Part shown: piece after piece, positions 9,845 to 19,538 of the stretch | Position numbering within the stretch: the first letter of the stretch is position 1 | Layout: each line of letters starts with the position of its first letter | DNA from: Dehalococcoidia bacterium | GTDB lineage: Bacteria > Chloroflexota > Dehalococcoidia > Tepidiformales > Tepidiformaceae | DNA: 62,060 bases | Reading direction: 5' to 3' | Assembly (NCBI GenBank): GCA_020847765.1 | Contig: JADLBJ010000035.1 | Coordinates: 1 to 62,060, forward strand | Program-made: the position numbers and the translations under genes | Notes under the pieces: generated by a model | Seen by the model: the letters and a program-made list of their open reading frames with translations, nothing else | Told to the model about the DNA's origin: nothing | Database searches by the model: none

Positions 9845-11656
9845 ATGGCATCGAGGACCACCAGGCTGGCGGCGCTCATCGCCCTCGTGGCGCTGGGGCT
9901 GCTGGCCGCCAATCGCAGCGGGGCCTTCACTCCGGAGAGCGCAGACGCGGCCGCTCCTCCCGGGCGCTACCTCGTCCTCGCCAGGAGCGCGGCCGACTAC
10001 GCCGCCCTCAAGTCAGACGCCGTCAAGGCCGGCGCCACCGTCGTTTCCGAGCTGAAGGAGGCGCGCACCGTCGTCGTGACCGCGTCGTCCACTGCCCTCG
10101 GCAAGCTGCGCAAGAACGCCCACGTCAGTGGTATCTCCCGCGACGCCATCCGCAGGCTCATCCAGCCGGACGGGGCCGCCCCTTCGACGAGCCTCTCGCG
10201 AAACCCCACGACCCTGGCTTTTCAAGGGCCTATGCCACAGGTCGTTACCCAGGACCCGGCGTCGGCGTACCCCGGGCTGATGTGGAACCTCGACCGCATC
10301 CAGTCGCCGGCCGCCAACAATGTCACGACCGGCGCACCCGTCGTGCGCGTGGGCGTGGCGGACACAGGGCTCGACTACACGCACGTCGAGCTCGCGGGCA
10401 AGGTCTCGCAGGTGGTGGACTTCACTCTGGGCGAAGTGCCGCCAATCTGCAGCACGTTCGTCAGCCCCGGCGTTGACGACGCCTACTTGGCGAGCCTCTT
10501 TGGAGCGCCCTCCGCGAACCTGGACTTCAATGGCCATGGCAGCTGGATCGGCGGCAACATCGCCGCCGCCCTCGACGCCCAGGGGATAAACGGCATCGCC
10601 CCGAACATCCAGCTCGTTGCCCTGAAGATCTCGCAGTGGTGCGGCTCGGCCTACGACTCCGAGATCATGCAGGCCTTCCTCCACGCCGCCTTCGACAACA
10701 TCGACGTCGTCAGCATCTCCTTCGGCGGCTACCTCGACCTCTCCGATCCGGACCAGGCCACGGCTTACACGATCTACTCGATCATCACGATGTTCGCGCA
10801 GCTGAAGGGCACGATCATCGTGGCGGCCGCCGGAAACGAGCATGTTCGCGTCGGCCCCGGCGGCAGGGTGCTCTCGCACGGTAGCCTGACGGCGCCCGGC
10901 GGCGGCTTCTCCGACCTCTACGGGCTGTACGAAGTGCCGGGCGGCCTGCCGGGCGTAATCGACGTCTCCGCCACCGGCAACGTCGTCAACGCCGCCTCTG
11001 CCGTCTGCCCGGGCGACTCCCTGGCGGCGGGCAGCCACCAGTGGTGCAAGCCCACCAGCGACGCGCACCAGCCTTCCGGCGTCGGCCTGCAGAACCAGCT
11101 CACCTACTACAGCAACTACGGGCCGCGCATCGACTTCGCCGCCCCGGGCGGCGCCCGCAAGTTCAACGTCCCGGCCGCTGACCGCGGCGGCACCGAGGGC
11201 TGGCCCTGGACAGGCCCCTTCTCCGTCTACGGCGGAAGCTCGGTGGCAGACGGCTACAACGCCTGGGAGGACTTCAGCATCACCTCCAACTGGGGCGTCG
11301 AGATTCCGTGCATTCTGTTCACCGGCTATCCGGGCTTCCCCGACCTCCAGTGCTACAGCACCATCCAGGGGACGTCGATGGCGACGCCGCACGTCTCCGC
11401 CGTCATGGCGCTGATCGCAAGCCGCTACCCGCTGCTCCGCCACAACAGCGCCGCCATCATCGCCAAGGCGAAGGCCGCGGCCACCCACGTGACGGGAAAC
11501 ACCACGCCGCCCTTGAGCGCCACCGACCTTTCGGGCGGCGACCTGAGCGGCGGCTCCTGCCCCAGCGGCTATTGCCACCTCGGCGGCCCGCCCATCTCCG
11601 ACGCAGACGCCTACGGCAAGGGGCTGATCAACGCCTTCAAGGCGGTCATCCCCTAG
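9845..11656 (+). CDS. Secreted subtilisin-like serine peptidase (family S8) with propeptide
   Basis: A signal peptide is present. The catalytic triad blocks are VGVADTGLDYTH (Asp), FNGHGSWIGGN (His) and GTSMATPHVSAVMAL (Ser). Confidence 0.9.
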   Translation: MASRTTRLAALIALVALGLLAANRSGAFTPESADAAAPPGRYLVLARSAADYAALKSDAVKAGATVVSELKEARTVVVTASSTALGKLRKNAHVSGISRDAIRRLIQPDGAAPSTSLSRNPTTLAFQGPMPQVVTQDPASAYPGLMWNLDRIQSPAANNVTTGAPVVRVGVADTGLDYTHVELAGKVSQVVDFTLGEVPPICSTFVSPGVDDAYLASLFGAPSANLDFNGHGSWIGGNIAAALDAQGINGIAPNIQLVALKISQWCGSAYDSEIMQAFLHAAFDNIDVVSISFGGYLDLSDPDQATAYTIYSIITMFAQLKGTIIVAAAGNEHVRVGPGGRVLSHGSLTAPGGGFSDLYGLYEVPGGLPGVIDVSATGNVVNAASAVCPGDSLAAGSHQWCKPTSDAHQPSGVGLQNQLTYYSNYGPRIDFAAPGGARKFNVPAADRGGTEGWPWTGPFSVYGGSSVADGYNAWEDFSITSNWGVEIPCILFTGYPGFPDLQCYSTIQGTSMATPHVSAVMALIASRYPLLRHNSAAIIAKAKAAATHVTGNTTPPLSATDLSGGDLSGGSCPSGYCHLGGPPISDADAYGKGLINAFKAVIP

Positions 11657-11679
11657 CCTGCCTGCGAACCGTTCGACTT

Positions 11680-11715
11680 GGCGGCCCCTCTAGCCGAGGG
11701 GCCGCCTCTTTTTTT
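11680..11715 (+). terminator. Rho-independent terminator
   Basis: An 11-bp stem, GGCGGCCCCTC pairing with GAGGGGCCGCC, has a 5-nt loop and is followed by TCTTTTTTT. It sits between convergent genes. Confidence 0.75.
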
Positions 11716-11732
11716 CGATCCCCCGGGCAGGG

Positions 11733-11948
11733 CTAGTCGTGCTCGCCGTGGCCGTTCTTACCGATGTTGAGCCCGAGGAACATGCCGGCCACGAGGCCCA
11801 GAATCGCGCCGCCGGCCATGCCTACTCCCCAGCCAACCAGACCGCCAGCGGCCGCGCCCGCCGTCCCACCGGCAGCGGCGCCGACGCCACCGGCCATCGT
11901 CCCGGCAGTGCCCGCAGTCTGCCCGTGCTGCATCGTCTCCTGGTCCAT
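11733..11948 (-). CDS. Small glycine-zipper membrane protein
   Basis: The 71-aa ORF is Gly/Ala-rich with GxxxG repeats (GWGVGMAGGAILGLVAGMFLG). GGAGG lies 7-8 nt upstream of the ATG. Confidence 0.6.
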   Translation of the reverse strand: MDQETMQHGQTAGTAGTMAGGVGAAAGGTAGAAAGGLVGWGVGMAGGAILGLVAGMFLGLNIGKNGHGEHD

Positions 11949-12194
11949 ACTTCGCCTCCTGGAATCGTCGTCTCCGACAGGAACGCTTTCGAGTGTCCCG
12001 GATGGCGGTCTGGCGCCGCATCGCCGAAGAAGCAGTGGGCATTGCAGTTCGCTGGCGCCTCCGGCCGGCCAGGCCGTTCAGCTCTGCGACGAAACCGCAA
12101 GCCCCCGCGACTGTTCGACTGAGACTAATGATCTGGGAGCCGTGCGACCGTTCTGGCGACAGAGGCTACCGGGCTCGACCCCGACGCCTCGCAG

Positions 12195-12707
12195 GTGACG
12201 CCGATGCACTTTCCTCGCGCCCTGACGGGCATTGCTGTCCTTGCCGTCCCCGGCCTCGCCCTCGCCTTCGCGGCCTGCGGCGGTGATGACAACACGAGCA
12301 GTGTCACGCCCACGATCGAGACGCGCGCGCCCGCCTCACCCACGGCCACCACTGCGGCCGCAACCACCGTCACGGGGACCGCGACGGACGCGGCCAGCGC
12401 CGTCGCGGGCGCACAGGCCGTGACCGTGGCGATCTCGGCACAGGACACGTCATTCGACAAGCAGGAGATCGACGCCCCGGCCGGCGCCCACGTCACCGTG
12501 CAGATGACCAACAAGGACAACATCATTCACAACATCGCCTTCTACAAGGACAGCTCCGCAAATGAGCCGATCGCTGTGGGCGACCTCTTCAAAGGTCCCA
12601 ACGTCACGAAGGATCTGAGCTTCGACGCCCCGAAGCAGCCGGGCACCTATTACTTCCATTGCGACGTCCATCCCGACCAGATGCACGGCACCTTCAAGGT
12701 CCAGTAG
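12195..12707 (+). CDS. Cupredoxin (plastocyanin/azurin-like blue copper) lipoprotein
   Basis: A lipobox (LALAFAAC) is followed by a Thr/Ala-rich linker. The type-1 copper ligand pattern YYFHCDVHPDQMHG lies at the C-terminus. An alternative start is the ATG at 12204. Confidence 0.8.
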   Translation: MTPMHFPRALTGIAVLAVPGLALAFAACGGDDNTSSVTPTIETRAPASPTATTAAATTVTGTATDAASAVAGAQAVTVAISAQDTSFDKQEIDAPAGAHVTVQMTNKDNIIHNIAFYKDSSANEPIAVGDLFKGPNVTKDLSFDAPKQPGTYYFHCDVHPDQMHGTFKVQ

Positions 12708-12709
12708 CG

Positions 12710-12979
12710 ATGGCGGATGAGCCGCTGGCCACCCGCCGGGAGCCGGAAGCCGAGGTACCGGTCTACGAGACCGACCTCGTGCTCAGTGCCGACGGTCACG
12801 AGCTCGGGCGGGTGGGCGCGGCCACCGCGGCCGCCTTTCAGGTCGCCACCCCTCACGCGCGCGACCTCTGGGTCAGCCGGGAGGCCATTGGCCGCCGCGA
12901 CGACGTGGCGCAGGTGCTGTACCTCCGCTGCGCCCGCGACGAGCTGAGCGCCTGCACGGTGTCGCCGCCTGCCCTGTAG
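12710..12979 (+). CDS. Small hypothetical protein
   Basis: ATG at 12710 lies 3 nt after the cupredoxin stop. The product is 89 aa with high GC3. I recognise no family. Confidence 0.45.
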   Translation: MADEPLATRREPEAEVPVYETDLVLSADGHELGRVGAATAAAFQVATPHARDLWVSREAIGRRDDVAQVLYLRCARDELSACTVSPPAL

Positions 12980-13195
12980 TGGCGCCGGCGACGCCTGCCA
13001 GCGCTTTCGCTTTCGTCACCGTGGCCCGAAGAAGTGGCTCGTCGTCGACCGCCACGTGAGGGGCGCCCAGCAGGCGGCGGCGATGAGGACGGCGAGGGCA
13101 CGAGCCAGGCGCATTCTCTGCCCTTCAACGGAGAGTCCTTTACCGGCGGCGAGACACTCGTGCACCGTCACTGTTCTCCGGTTTCCACCTCCCCG

Positions 13196-13201
13196 TATAC
13201 T
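13196..13201 (+). promoter_or_regulatory. Putative -10 box (TATACT) upstream of purF
   Basis: TATACT lies 39 nt upstream of the purF start. The same hexamer recurs upstream of three other genes in this window. The -35 region is weak. Confidence 0.3.
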
Positions 13202-13239
13202 GGGAAAGCCGACACTCCGGGGGAGGACCCGCCGCCGTT

Positions 13240-14709
13240 GTGATGCCCGCCAGCGACAACCCGCGCGAAGCCTGCGGCGTGTTCGGGGTCTTTGGCCCCG
13301 GCGAAGACGTCGCCCGACTGACCTTTTACGGGCTCTACGCCCTGCAGCACCGGGGCCAGGAAAGCGCGGGGATCGCCACCAACAACGGCGGCGGCGCGTT
13401 CCACCTGCGTACGGGCATGGGACTCGTCTCGCAGGTGTTCGACGAAGAGGATCTCGCCTTTCTTCGCGGTGACATCGCCATCGGCCACACGCGCTACAGC
13501 ACAGCCGGCGGCTCCCTCGCCTGCAACGCGCAGCCGATCGTCGTGCGCGACCGCCAGAGCGGCTCCCAGATCGCCCTCGCCCACAACGGCAACCTGACCA
13601 ACGCCGCCGTCCTCCGCGAGGACCTGGAGGCGCAGGGCGTCGCCTTCGAATCGACGGCCGACTCCGAGATCATCGCCTGGCTCCTCGCCCTCGCCCCCGC
13701 CGGCACCTGGGAAGAGAAGTTCCACTACCTCATGCGCCGGGCGGAAGGCGCCTATAGCCTCGTCATCTTGACCCCCGACACGCTCTTCGCTGTGCGCGAT
13801 CCCCTCGGCGTGCGGCCACTCTGCCTCGGGCGGCTGGGCAACGGCTGGGCGATCGCCTCGGAGTCCTGCGCCCTCGAGCACCTCGGCCTCGAAATGGAGC
13901 GCGAGGTGCAGCCGGGCGAGGTCGTCCAGATCGACGCGAGCGGCCTGCGTAGCTTCTTCCCCACGGTCGCTCCGCCCGCCCGCCGCGCACTCTGCACCTT
14001 CGAATACACCTACTTCGCCCGCCCCGACAGCCGCTTGAGCGGCGAGCTGGTCTATCCCGTGCGCGAAGAGCTCGGGGCGCAGCTCGCGCGCGAGCACCCC
14101 GTCGCGGCCGACATCGTCATCGGCGTCCCGGACTCGGCCATCCCCGCGGCCATCGGCTACGCCCGCGCGGCAGGGCTCCCCTTCCGCGAGGGGCTCGTCA
14201 AGAACCGCTACGTCGGGCGCACCTTCATTCAGCCCGACCAGCGCATCCGCGACGCCGGGGTCAGCCTCAAGTTCAACGCCCTGCGCGACGTCCTCCGCGA
14301 CAAGCGCGTGGTCGTCGTCGACGACAGTATCGTGCGCGGCACGACGACGCCGCGGGTGGTCAACCTCCTCCGCCGCGCGGGCGCGCGCGAAGTGCATATG
14401 CGCATCACCACGCCGCCGATCGTTTCGCCGTGCTTCTTCGGCGTCGACATGGCGACGAAGTGGGAGCTTATCGCCGCAAACAAGAGCGTCGAGGAGATCC
14501 GGCAGCATATCGGCGCCGACTCCCTGGGCTACCTGAGCCTGGAGGGAATGGTGCGTTCGACGCGCCAGGGGAACGACGCCCTCTGCAACGCCTGCTTCAC
14601 CGGGCGCTACCCAATTGACGTGCAGATGCAGATGGACCGCCTGGAGGCGGGGCGGCGCGAGCCCGTCCTCGCCGCCGCCGAGAGCCTGAACCGCGCCGGC
14701 GGCCCGTAG
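13240..14709 (+). CDS. purF: Amidophosphoribosyltransferase
   Basis: A short propeptide precedes the catalytic Cys (REACGVFGVFG). The PRTase motif VVVVDDSIVRGTT and a C-terminal Cys cluster are present. GGGGGAGG lies upstream. Confidence 0.95.
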   Translation: MMPASDNPREACGVFGVFGPGEDVARLTFYGLYALQHRGQESAGIATNNGGGAFHLRTGMGLVSQVFDEEDLAFLRGDIAIGHTRYSTAGGSLACNAQPIVVRDRQSGSQIALAHNGNLTNAAVLREDLEAQGVAFESTADSEIIAWLLALAPAGTWEEKFHYLMRRAEGAYSLVILTPDTLFAVRDPLGVRPLCLGRLGNGWAIASESCALEHLGLEMEREVQPGEVVQIDASGLRSFFPTVAPPARRALCTFEYTYFARPDSRLSGELVYPVREELGAQLAREHPVAADIVIGVPDSAIPAAIGYARAAGLPFREGLVKNRYVGRTFIQPDQRIRDAGVSLKFNALRDVLRDKRVVVVDDSIVRGTTTPRVVNLLRRAGAREVHMRITTPPIVSPCFFGVDMATKWELIAANKSVEEIRQHIGADSLGYLSLEGMVRSTRQGNDALCNACFTGRYPIDVQMQMDRLEAGRREPVLAAAESLNRAGGP

Positions 14710-14784
14710 CAACGGCGGTTGCCCTTCGTCAGTTCGACATGCGAAGCTCCGCGCGGCGCCGCTGCCTGGCGCACGGAGGCGGGC

Positions 14785-15573
14785 ATGGACCTGGGAATCC
14801 GCGGACGCAAGGCGATCGTCAACGGCGGCAGCGCCGGGCTCGGCCGAGGCAGCGCGCTCGCCCTCGCACGCGAAGGCGTCGACCTCGTCGTCTCCGCCAG
14901 GGGCGAGGAGCGGCTGCAAGAGACGTGCAGGGAGATCGCCCGGGAGACCGGCGTGACCGTCACACCCGTCGTCGCCGACCACAGCAGCGTCGAAGGCCGC
15001 GCCCGCATTCTCGCCGCCTGCCCCAACCCCGACATCCTGGTGCTGACCTGCTCGCCCCCGCCGGTGACCGGCGACTTTCGGGCGATCGAGCCCCAGGATT
15101 GGTATGACAACCTGGCGGTCACGCTCGTCAGCCCCGTCGAGTTCGTGCGGGCGACGGTCGACGGCATGGTGGCGCGCGGCTTCGGGAGGATCGTGAACAT
15201 CGGCACCGGGGCTGCGAAGTTCCCGACCGAAATCCGCATCCTCTCCGGGGCGCCGCGGGCCGCGCTCAACAACTACCTGGTGGCGCTGGCGAAGAAGGTC
15301 GCGCGCCACAACGTCGTCATCAACAACCTCCTCCCCGGCATGCACCACACGGCCGGCATCCTCGAAGGGTTCAACGAGCGCGCCCGCGTGAACGGCACGA
15401 GCTACGACGAGGAGGTCACCCGATTTGCCAAGGACTGGCGCATCCCCGCCGGCGGCTTCGGCGACGCAGAGGACTTCGGCGCCTTCTGCGCCCTCCTCTG
15501 CAGCCAGCAGGCCCGTTACGTCATCGGCCAGAGCCTGGTGGTGGACGGCGGCATCGGCAACGCGACCTTCTAG
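14785..15573 (+). CDS. Short-chain dehydrogenase/reductase (SDR) family oxidoreductase
   Basis: The Rossmann motif is present (AIVNGGSAGLGRGSALALAREG). ATG at 14785 is preceded by GGAGG (14775-14779). Confidence 0.85.
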   Translation: MDLGIRGRKAIVNGGSAGLGRGSALALAREGVDLVVSARGEERLQETCREIARETGVTVTPVVADHSSVEGRARILAACPNPDILVLTCSPPPVTGDFRAIEPQDWYDNLAVTLVSPVEFVRATVDGMVARGFGRIVNIGTGAAKFPTEIRILSGAPRAALNNYLVALAKKVARHNVVINNLLPGMHHTAGILEGFNERARVNGTSYDEEVTRFAKDWRIPAGGFGDAEDFGAFCALLCSQQARYVIGQSLVVDGGIGNATF

Positions 15574-15587
15574 GCGGAAGACCGCAC

Positions 15588-16517
15588 CTAGCGCTTGTTC
15601 CGCAGGCGCGGGTCGAGCGTGTCGCGCAGCGAGTCGCCCAGCAGGTTGAAGGCCAGGACCGTCAGGCTGAGGGCCAGGCCGGGGAAGATGGCGATCCAGG
15701 GGGCGTCCACGAAGAACTGGCGGGCGTTCCCGCTCAGGTCCGCCCCCCAGGAGGGCGTGCCGATCTCCACGCCGACGCCCAGGAAGCTGAGGGCCGACTC
15801 GGTGAGGATCGCCGCCGGCAGCGTCGTGCTCGTGATCACGATCATCAGCCCCGCCAGGTTGGGCAGAAGATGGCGAAACATGATACGCAGCTCGCTCGCC
15901 CCCACGACACGCGCCGCCTCCACATAGACGGCGTTCCGTTGCTCGAGCACCGCCCCCCGCATGATGCGGAAGATGACGGGCGTGAAGACGACGCAAATCG
16001 CGATCACCAGCAGGATCTCGCCCTGCGACATGCCGGGCACGTCTGGCACGTCCTGGCCGATGGAGGTGCGCAGCGTGAGGGCGAAGAGGATGGCCGGCAG
16101 CGCCACGAGCACGTCCGTTATGCGGCCGAGGACGAAGTCCACGATCCCACCCAGGTAGCCGGAGACGAGCGCCAGCAGCGTTCCCCCAAGCACGCTGATG
16201 ACGACGGTCGACAGGCCGATCTTGAGCGAGACCCGCCCGCCGTAGAGCACCCGCGACCAGACGTCCTTCCCTTCGCGCGTCGTGCCAAACCAGTGGTCCC
16301 AGCTCGGCGACGAGAGGACGTCGGCGCTGAACGCCTTCGGGTTCGTGGTGTGCAGGATGGGAGCGGCGATCGCGCCGAAGATCATGAGCAGCACCACGAC
16401 GGCACCGATTGTGCCCAGGGGCTCCCGCGTGACGAAGCGGCGGAGCCCGCCAAGCCGGCGCCTGGGCGGGACGTATTCGTGGTCCAGCGGGAAGGAAGTC
16501 GCCGTCGCCTGCGTCAT
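15588..16517 (-). CDS. Peptide/nickel-type ABC transporter permease (DppC/OppC-like)
   Basis: It has multiple TM segments, the EAA-type loop (YVEAARVVGASELRIMFRHLLPN) and the C-terminal LGDSLRDTLDPRLR. Confidence 0.9.
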   Translation of the reverse strand: MTQATATSFPLDHEYVPPRRRLGGLRRFVTREPLGTIGAVVVLLMIFGAIAAPILHTTNPKAFSADVLSSPSWDHWFGTTREGKDVWSRVLYGGRVSLKIGLSTVVISVLGGTLLALVSGYLGGIVDFVLGRITDVLVALPAILFALTLRTSIGQDVPDVPGMSQGEILLVIAICVVFTPVIFRIMRGAVLEQRNAVYVEAARVVGASELRIMFRHLLPNLAGLMIVITSTTLPAAILTESALSFLGVGVEIGTPSWGADLSGNARQFFVDAPWIAIFPGLALSLTVLAFNLLGDSLRDTLDPRLRNKR

Positions 16518-16518
16518 C

Positions 16519-17472
16519 TCAGTACCGGATGCGCGGGTCGACGAACGTGTAGAGAATGTCGACGGCCAGGTTGATGAGAACGAACATCAGCGCGAACACC
16601 ATCGTCACGCCCAGCACGAGCGTGTAGTCGACGTTGAACACGGCCTGGTAGGTGAGCAGGCCGATCCCCGGAATGGCGAAGATCTGCTCGGCAATCACGG
16701 AGCCGCCGAGCACAGCTCCAAACTGCAGCCCGATCACCGTCAGAAGCGTGACGAGCGAGCTGCGGAAGACGTGCTGGATGATGACGACCCGCTCGCGCAG
16801 CCCCTTCGCCCGGGCAGTGCGCACGTAGTCGGAGTACAGCGTCTCCAGCATCGACGAGCGCACTATCCGGGCGACGTAGGCAGCGCTCGACACGGCCAGG
16901 ACGAGTGCCGGCCAGATGACGATGCGCAGGTTCTCCAGCGGGTCCGTCGTGAAGTTGACGTAGTTCTGGTGGAGCGGCGTCCAGCCCCACCAGATGACCG
17001 GCAGGATCAGCAGCAGCGTCGCCACCCAGAAGCTGGGGATGGAGATGCCGGCGATCGTCACGACGCGCAGGCTGTAGTCGAGCCAGGAGCCAGGCCTGAT
17101 CGCCGAGAGGATGCCGACGGGAATGCCGATCGCCGCGGTGATCAGGATCGTGAGCACCGCGATCTCGACGGTGTTCGGCAGCCGTTCGCCGATCTGGCCG
17201 CTGATCGAGCGGCGGTTCTTGAGCGACTCGCCCAGGTCGCCCGTCAAAGCGTGGCCGGCCCAGTCGAAGTACTGCACGACCGCGGGGCGGTCGAGCCCGA
17301 GGTCCTTCTCCAGGTTGGCGACGGCGTCCTTCGTCTGGTCGGGTGAGACCAGCCCAAAGTTCGTCAGGGCGGCGTTTCCGGGACGCAGGTAGAGCAGCCA
17401 GAAGAGCAGCGCCGAAAGCCCGAAGAGCATGAACGGCACCGCAATCAGTCGCCGGATGATATAAGCCCACAT
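16519..17472 (-). CDS. Peptide/nickel-type ABC transporter permease (DppB/OppB-like)
   Basis: The N-terminus MWAYIIRRLIAVPFMLFG is typical. The block YVRTARAKGLRERVVIIQHVFR and the C-terminal DILYTFVDPRIRY are present. GGAGG lies upstream of the ATG at 17472. Confidence 0.9.
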   Translation of the reverse strand: MWAYIIRRLIAVPFMLFGLSALLFWLLYLRPGNAALTNFGLVSPDQTKDAVANLEKDLGLDRPAVVQYFDWAGHALTGDLGESLKNRRSISGQIGERLPNTVEIAVLTILITAAIGIPVGILSAIRPGSWLDYSLRVVTIAGISIPSFWVATLLLILPVIWWGWTPLHQNYVNFTTDPLENLRIVIWPALVLAVSSAAYVARIVRSSMLETLYSDYVRTARAKGLRERVVIIQHVFRSSLVTLLTVIGLQFGAVLGGSVIAEQIFAIPGIGLLTYQAVFNVDYTLVLGVTMVFALMFVLINLAVDILYTFVDPRIRY

Positions 17473-17540
17473 CGCCAATCCTCCGGAAACGGAGAAAGGC
17501 CGCCCGCAGCGGACGGCCTCCCCTCTCGCCGGTGCTGCTC

Positions 17541-19325
17541 TCAGGCCTTGAGCCAGAGAGTCTGGTTGACGAGGCCGAGACCCTTCAGCCAGTCCGCTTC
17601 CGGCACGTTCTGCAGCCGCGAATTGTAGACCAGATAGCTGTGACCGGGCACAGGCAGGTTGATCCCGGGCACGATGTTGTCTAGCGCGTACTTCTGCATG
17701 TCGATCAGCTTCTGTTTGCGCTTGGCAGGATCGATCTCCTGCGACTGGGCCGCCACGAGCGCGCGCAGAGCCTTCGCCGTCGCCTGCACGTCGGGGTCGG
17801 CCTGGTCGAGCTGGAAGTTCCAGGAGACGCCGGCGAAGGCCGCCGGGTCCATCATCGTCATGTTGTAGATCTCGGGCGTCGTCGAGAAGTTGTAGGGGAC
17901 GATGAAGAGCTCCCACTGCTTCTGCGGCTCCCGGGCCCGAGCCACCCAGGTGGTGGTGTCGTTGACGAGCACCTCCGTGTCGACGCCGAGGTTCTGCTTC
18001 AGCTGCTGGCCGATGAACTCGGCGATGCTGCTGCCGCGCGGGTCCTGGTTCGCCTGGATGCGGATCTTCGAAGCTGGCTTGCCGGCCGCCTCCCAGAGCT
18101 TCTTCGCGTCGGCGGGGTCGAACTTGCGGTAGCCCTCGAGCGTCTTCTGGTCGAGGGCGAAAGCGGGCAGGCCGACGCCCACGGGGCCGTCGTAGAGACC
18201 GTCGCCGGCGTAGAGGCTCGCGATCAGCGCCTTGGAGTCGATCGCCTCGAGAATGGCGCGCCGCGCCTTGATGTCCTTGAACTTCACGTTGTCGAAGGCC
18301 ATGAAGCGGGCCTCCGTCGTGTCGACCTGCTTCGCCGTGACGTTCTTCTGGCCCTTGAGCGACTCGAACTCCAACTTGTCGGAGACTGTCTGCCCGAGCT
18401 GCGGATAGACGTCGAGGTTGCCCGCGAGGAACGCCGACTTCGCCGCTGCATTGTCGACGATGATCGACGTCTCCCAGTTGTCGATGTACGGGCTGTCGAC
18501 CGCGAAGGCTGCGTTCGGCTTCTCGTGCTTGTAATAGTCCTTGAAGCGGACGACGCGCGTGCCCGTGGCGTCGCGCTTGTCGAGCGAGTAGGCCCCAGCG
18601 CCGGCGTCAACGTTCTGGACGTTCTTCTTGGAATCCGCTTCGGCCTGCTTCTTGTTGACGATGCTGAAGATTGTGGTCGCCATCAGAACGGGAGCCGAGG
18701 CCGAGGGCGCCTTGAGCTTGACCACGACCGTCTTGGCGTCCGGGGCGGTGACCGTGTCGATGAAGCCCCAGTTCGCCTCGTTCGCCTGGCTCCCCTGCTC
18801 CTTGAGGAGGGTCGGGAAGCGCGTCCACGTGTAGGCGAAGTCCTCGGCCGTCTGCGCGTCGCCGTTGTGGAACTTCATGCCGTCGCGAATGGTGAAACGG
18901 ATGGTCGTGTTGTCGGGCTGCTCCATGGCCGTGGCCGCGTCGAGGAGCATCGTGTTCGTCGACACCTGATAGAGGTGGGAGCGGTTGTAGAGCGACGGCA
19001 AGAGGTCGAGATTGTTGACGACCTTGAGGCCGGGGTCCATGCCCTCGTCCACCTGCTGCTTGGCGAGCTTCAGGGTGCCGCCCCGCGTGGCGGCGGCCGC
19101 CGAGGCACTGGCCGAGGCGCTCGCGGAGGCGGCTGCAGAAGCCGAGGGCGAGCCACCGCTGCTCGACGTGGCAGTCGCCGTCTTGCCGCCGTTGTCGTCG
19201 TCGTCGCCGCAGCCGGCGAGGATCGCCGCGGCACCGGCGGCGGCCGCGCCGCTGCCGGCCACAAACGTCCGTCGGCTCAGCCGCCGGTTGCGGTACCGCG
19301 TCCAGTAGTTCGCTCTGTCGTCCAT
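17541..19325 (-). CDS. ABC transporter substrate-binding lipoprotein, family 5 (peptide/nickel)
   Basis: A Tat-like signal (RRLSRRTFVAGSGAAAAGAA) and lipobox (LAGCG) are followed by a Ser/Ala-rich linker and an SBP_bac_5-like body. GGAGGGAG lies upstream of the ATG at 19325. Confidence 0.9.
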   Translation of the reverse strand: MDDRANYWTRYRNRRLSRRTFVAGSGAAAAGAAAILAGCGDDDDNGGKTATATSSSGGSPSASAAASASASASASAAAATRGGTLKLAKQQVDEGMDPGLKVVNNLDLLPSLYNRSHLYQVSTNTMLLDAATAMEQPDNTTIRFTIRDGMKFHNGDAQTAEDFAYTWTRFPTLLKEQGSQANEANWGFIDTVTAPDAKTVVVKLKAPSASAPVLMATTIFSIVNKKQAEADSKKNVQNVDAGAGAYSLDKRDATGTRVVRFKDYYKHEKPNAAFAVDSPYIDNWETSIIVDNAAAKSAFLAGNLDVYPQLGQTVSDKLEFESLKGQKNVTAKQVDTTEARFMAFDNVKFKDIKARRAILEAIDSKALIASLYAGDGLYDGPVGVGLPAFALDQKTLEGYRKFDPADAKKLWEAAGKPASKIRIQANQDPRGSSIAEFIGQQLKQNLGVDTEVLVNDTTTWVARAREPQKQWELFIVPYNFSTTPEIYNMTMMDPAAFAGVSWNFQLDQADPDVQATAKALRALVAAQSQEIDPAKRKQKLIDMQKYALDNIVPGINLPVPGHSYLVYNSRLQNVPEADWLKGLGLVNQTLWLKA

Positions 19326-19538
19326 TCGGGTCTCCCTCCAATGCTGGCGGTCAGGGGCGGCGGCGCCCGCGGCTGGCGAACAGATCTCGTTCCGGTCGCG
19401 TTCTATCCGGCCGGCGCCATTCTTTACTACGTTGGGAACGATCGCAAGGATTGGCAACACCAATCGATAGCGCAGCGATGGTTAGAATTACGTCAACTAG
19501 CGCAAACCAGGAGGGACTGCGGCCAGAGCCGCCGCCGT

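Noticed and set aside
8720-9845. A c-di-AMP (ydaO), c-di-GMP or ZTP riboswitch in the leaders of the two secreted-protein genes.
   Set aside because: I found only loose partial resemblances (for example CCGACCCGCAGAC and CCGAAGGGCAGGCU versus the ydaO 3' core). No full set of conserved motifs is present. This needs covariance-model searching, so I make no call.
13016-13114. A 32-codon minus-strand micro-ORF (MRLARALAVLIAAACWAPLTWRSTTSHFFGPR) with a lipobox-like LIAAAC, in the purF upstream region.
   Set aside because: It has no convincing Shine-Dalgarno sequence, it is very short, and it sits where the purF promoter is expected. It cannot be distinguished from chance.
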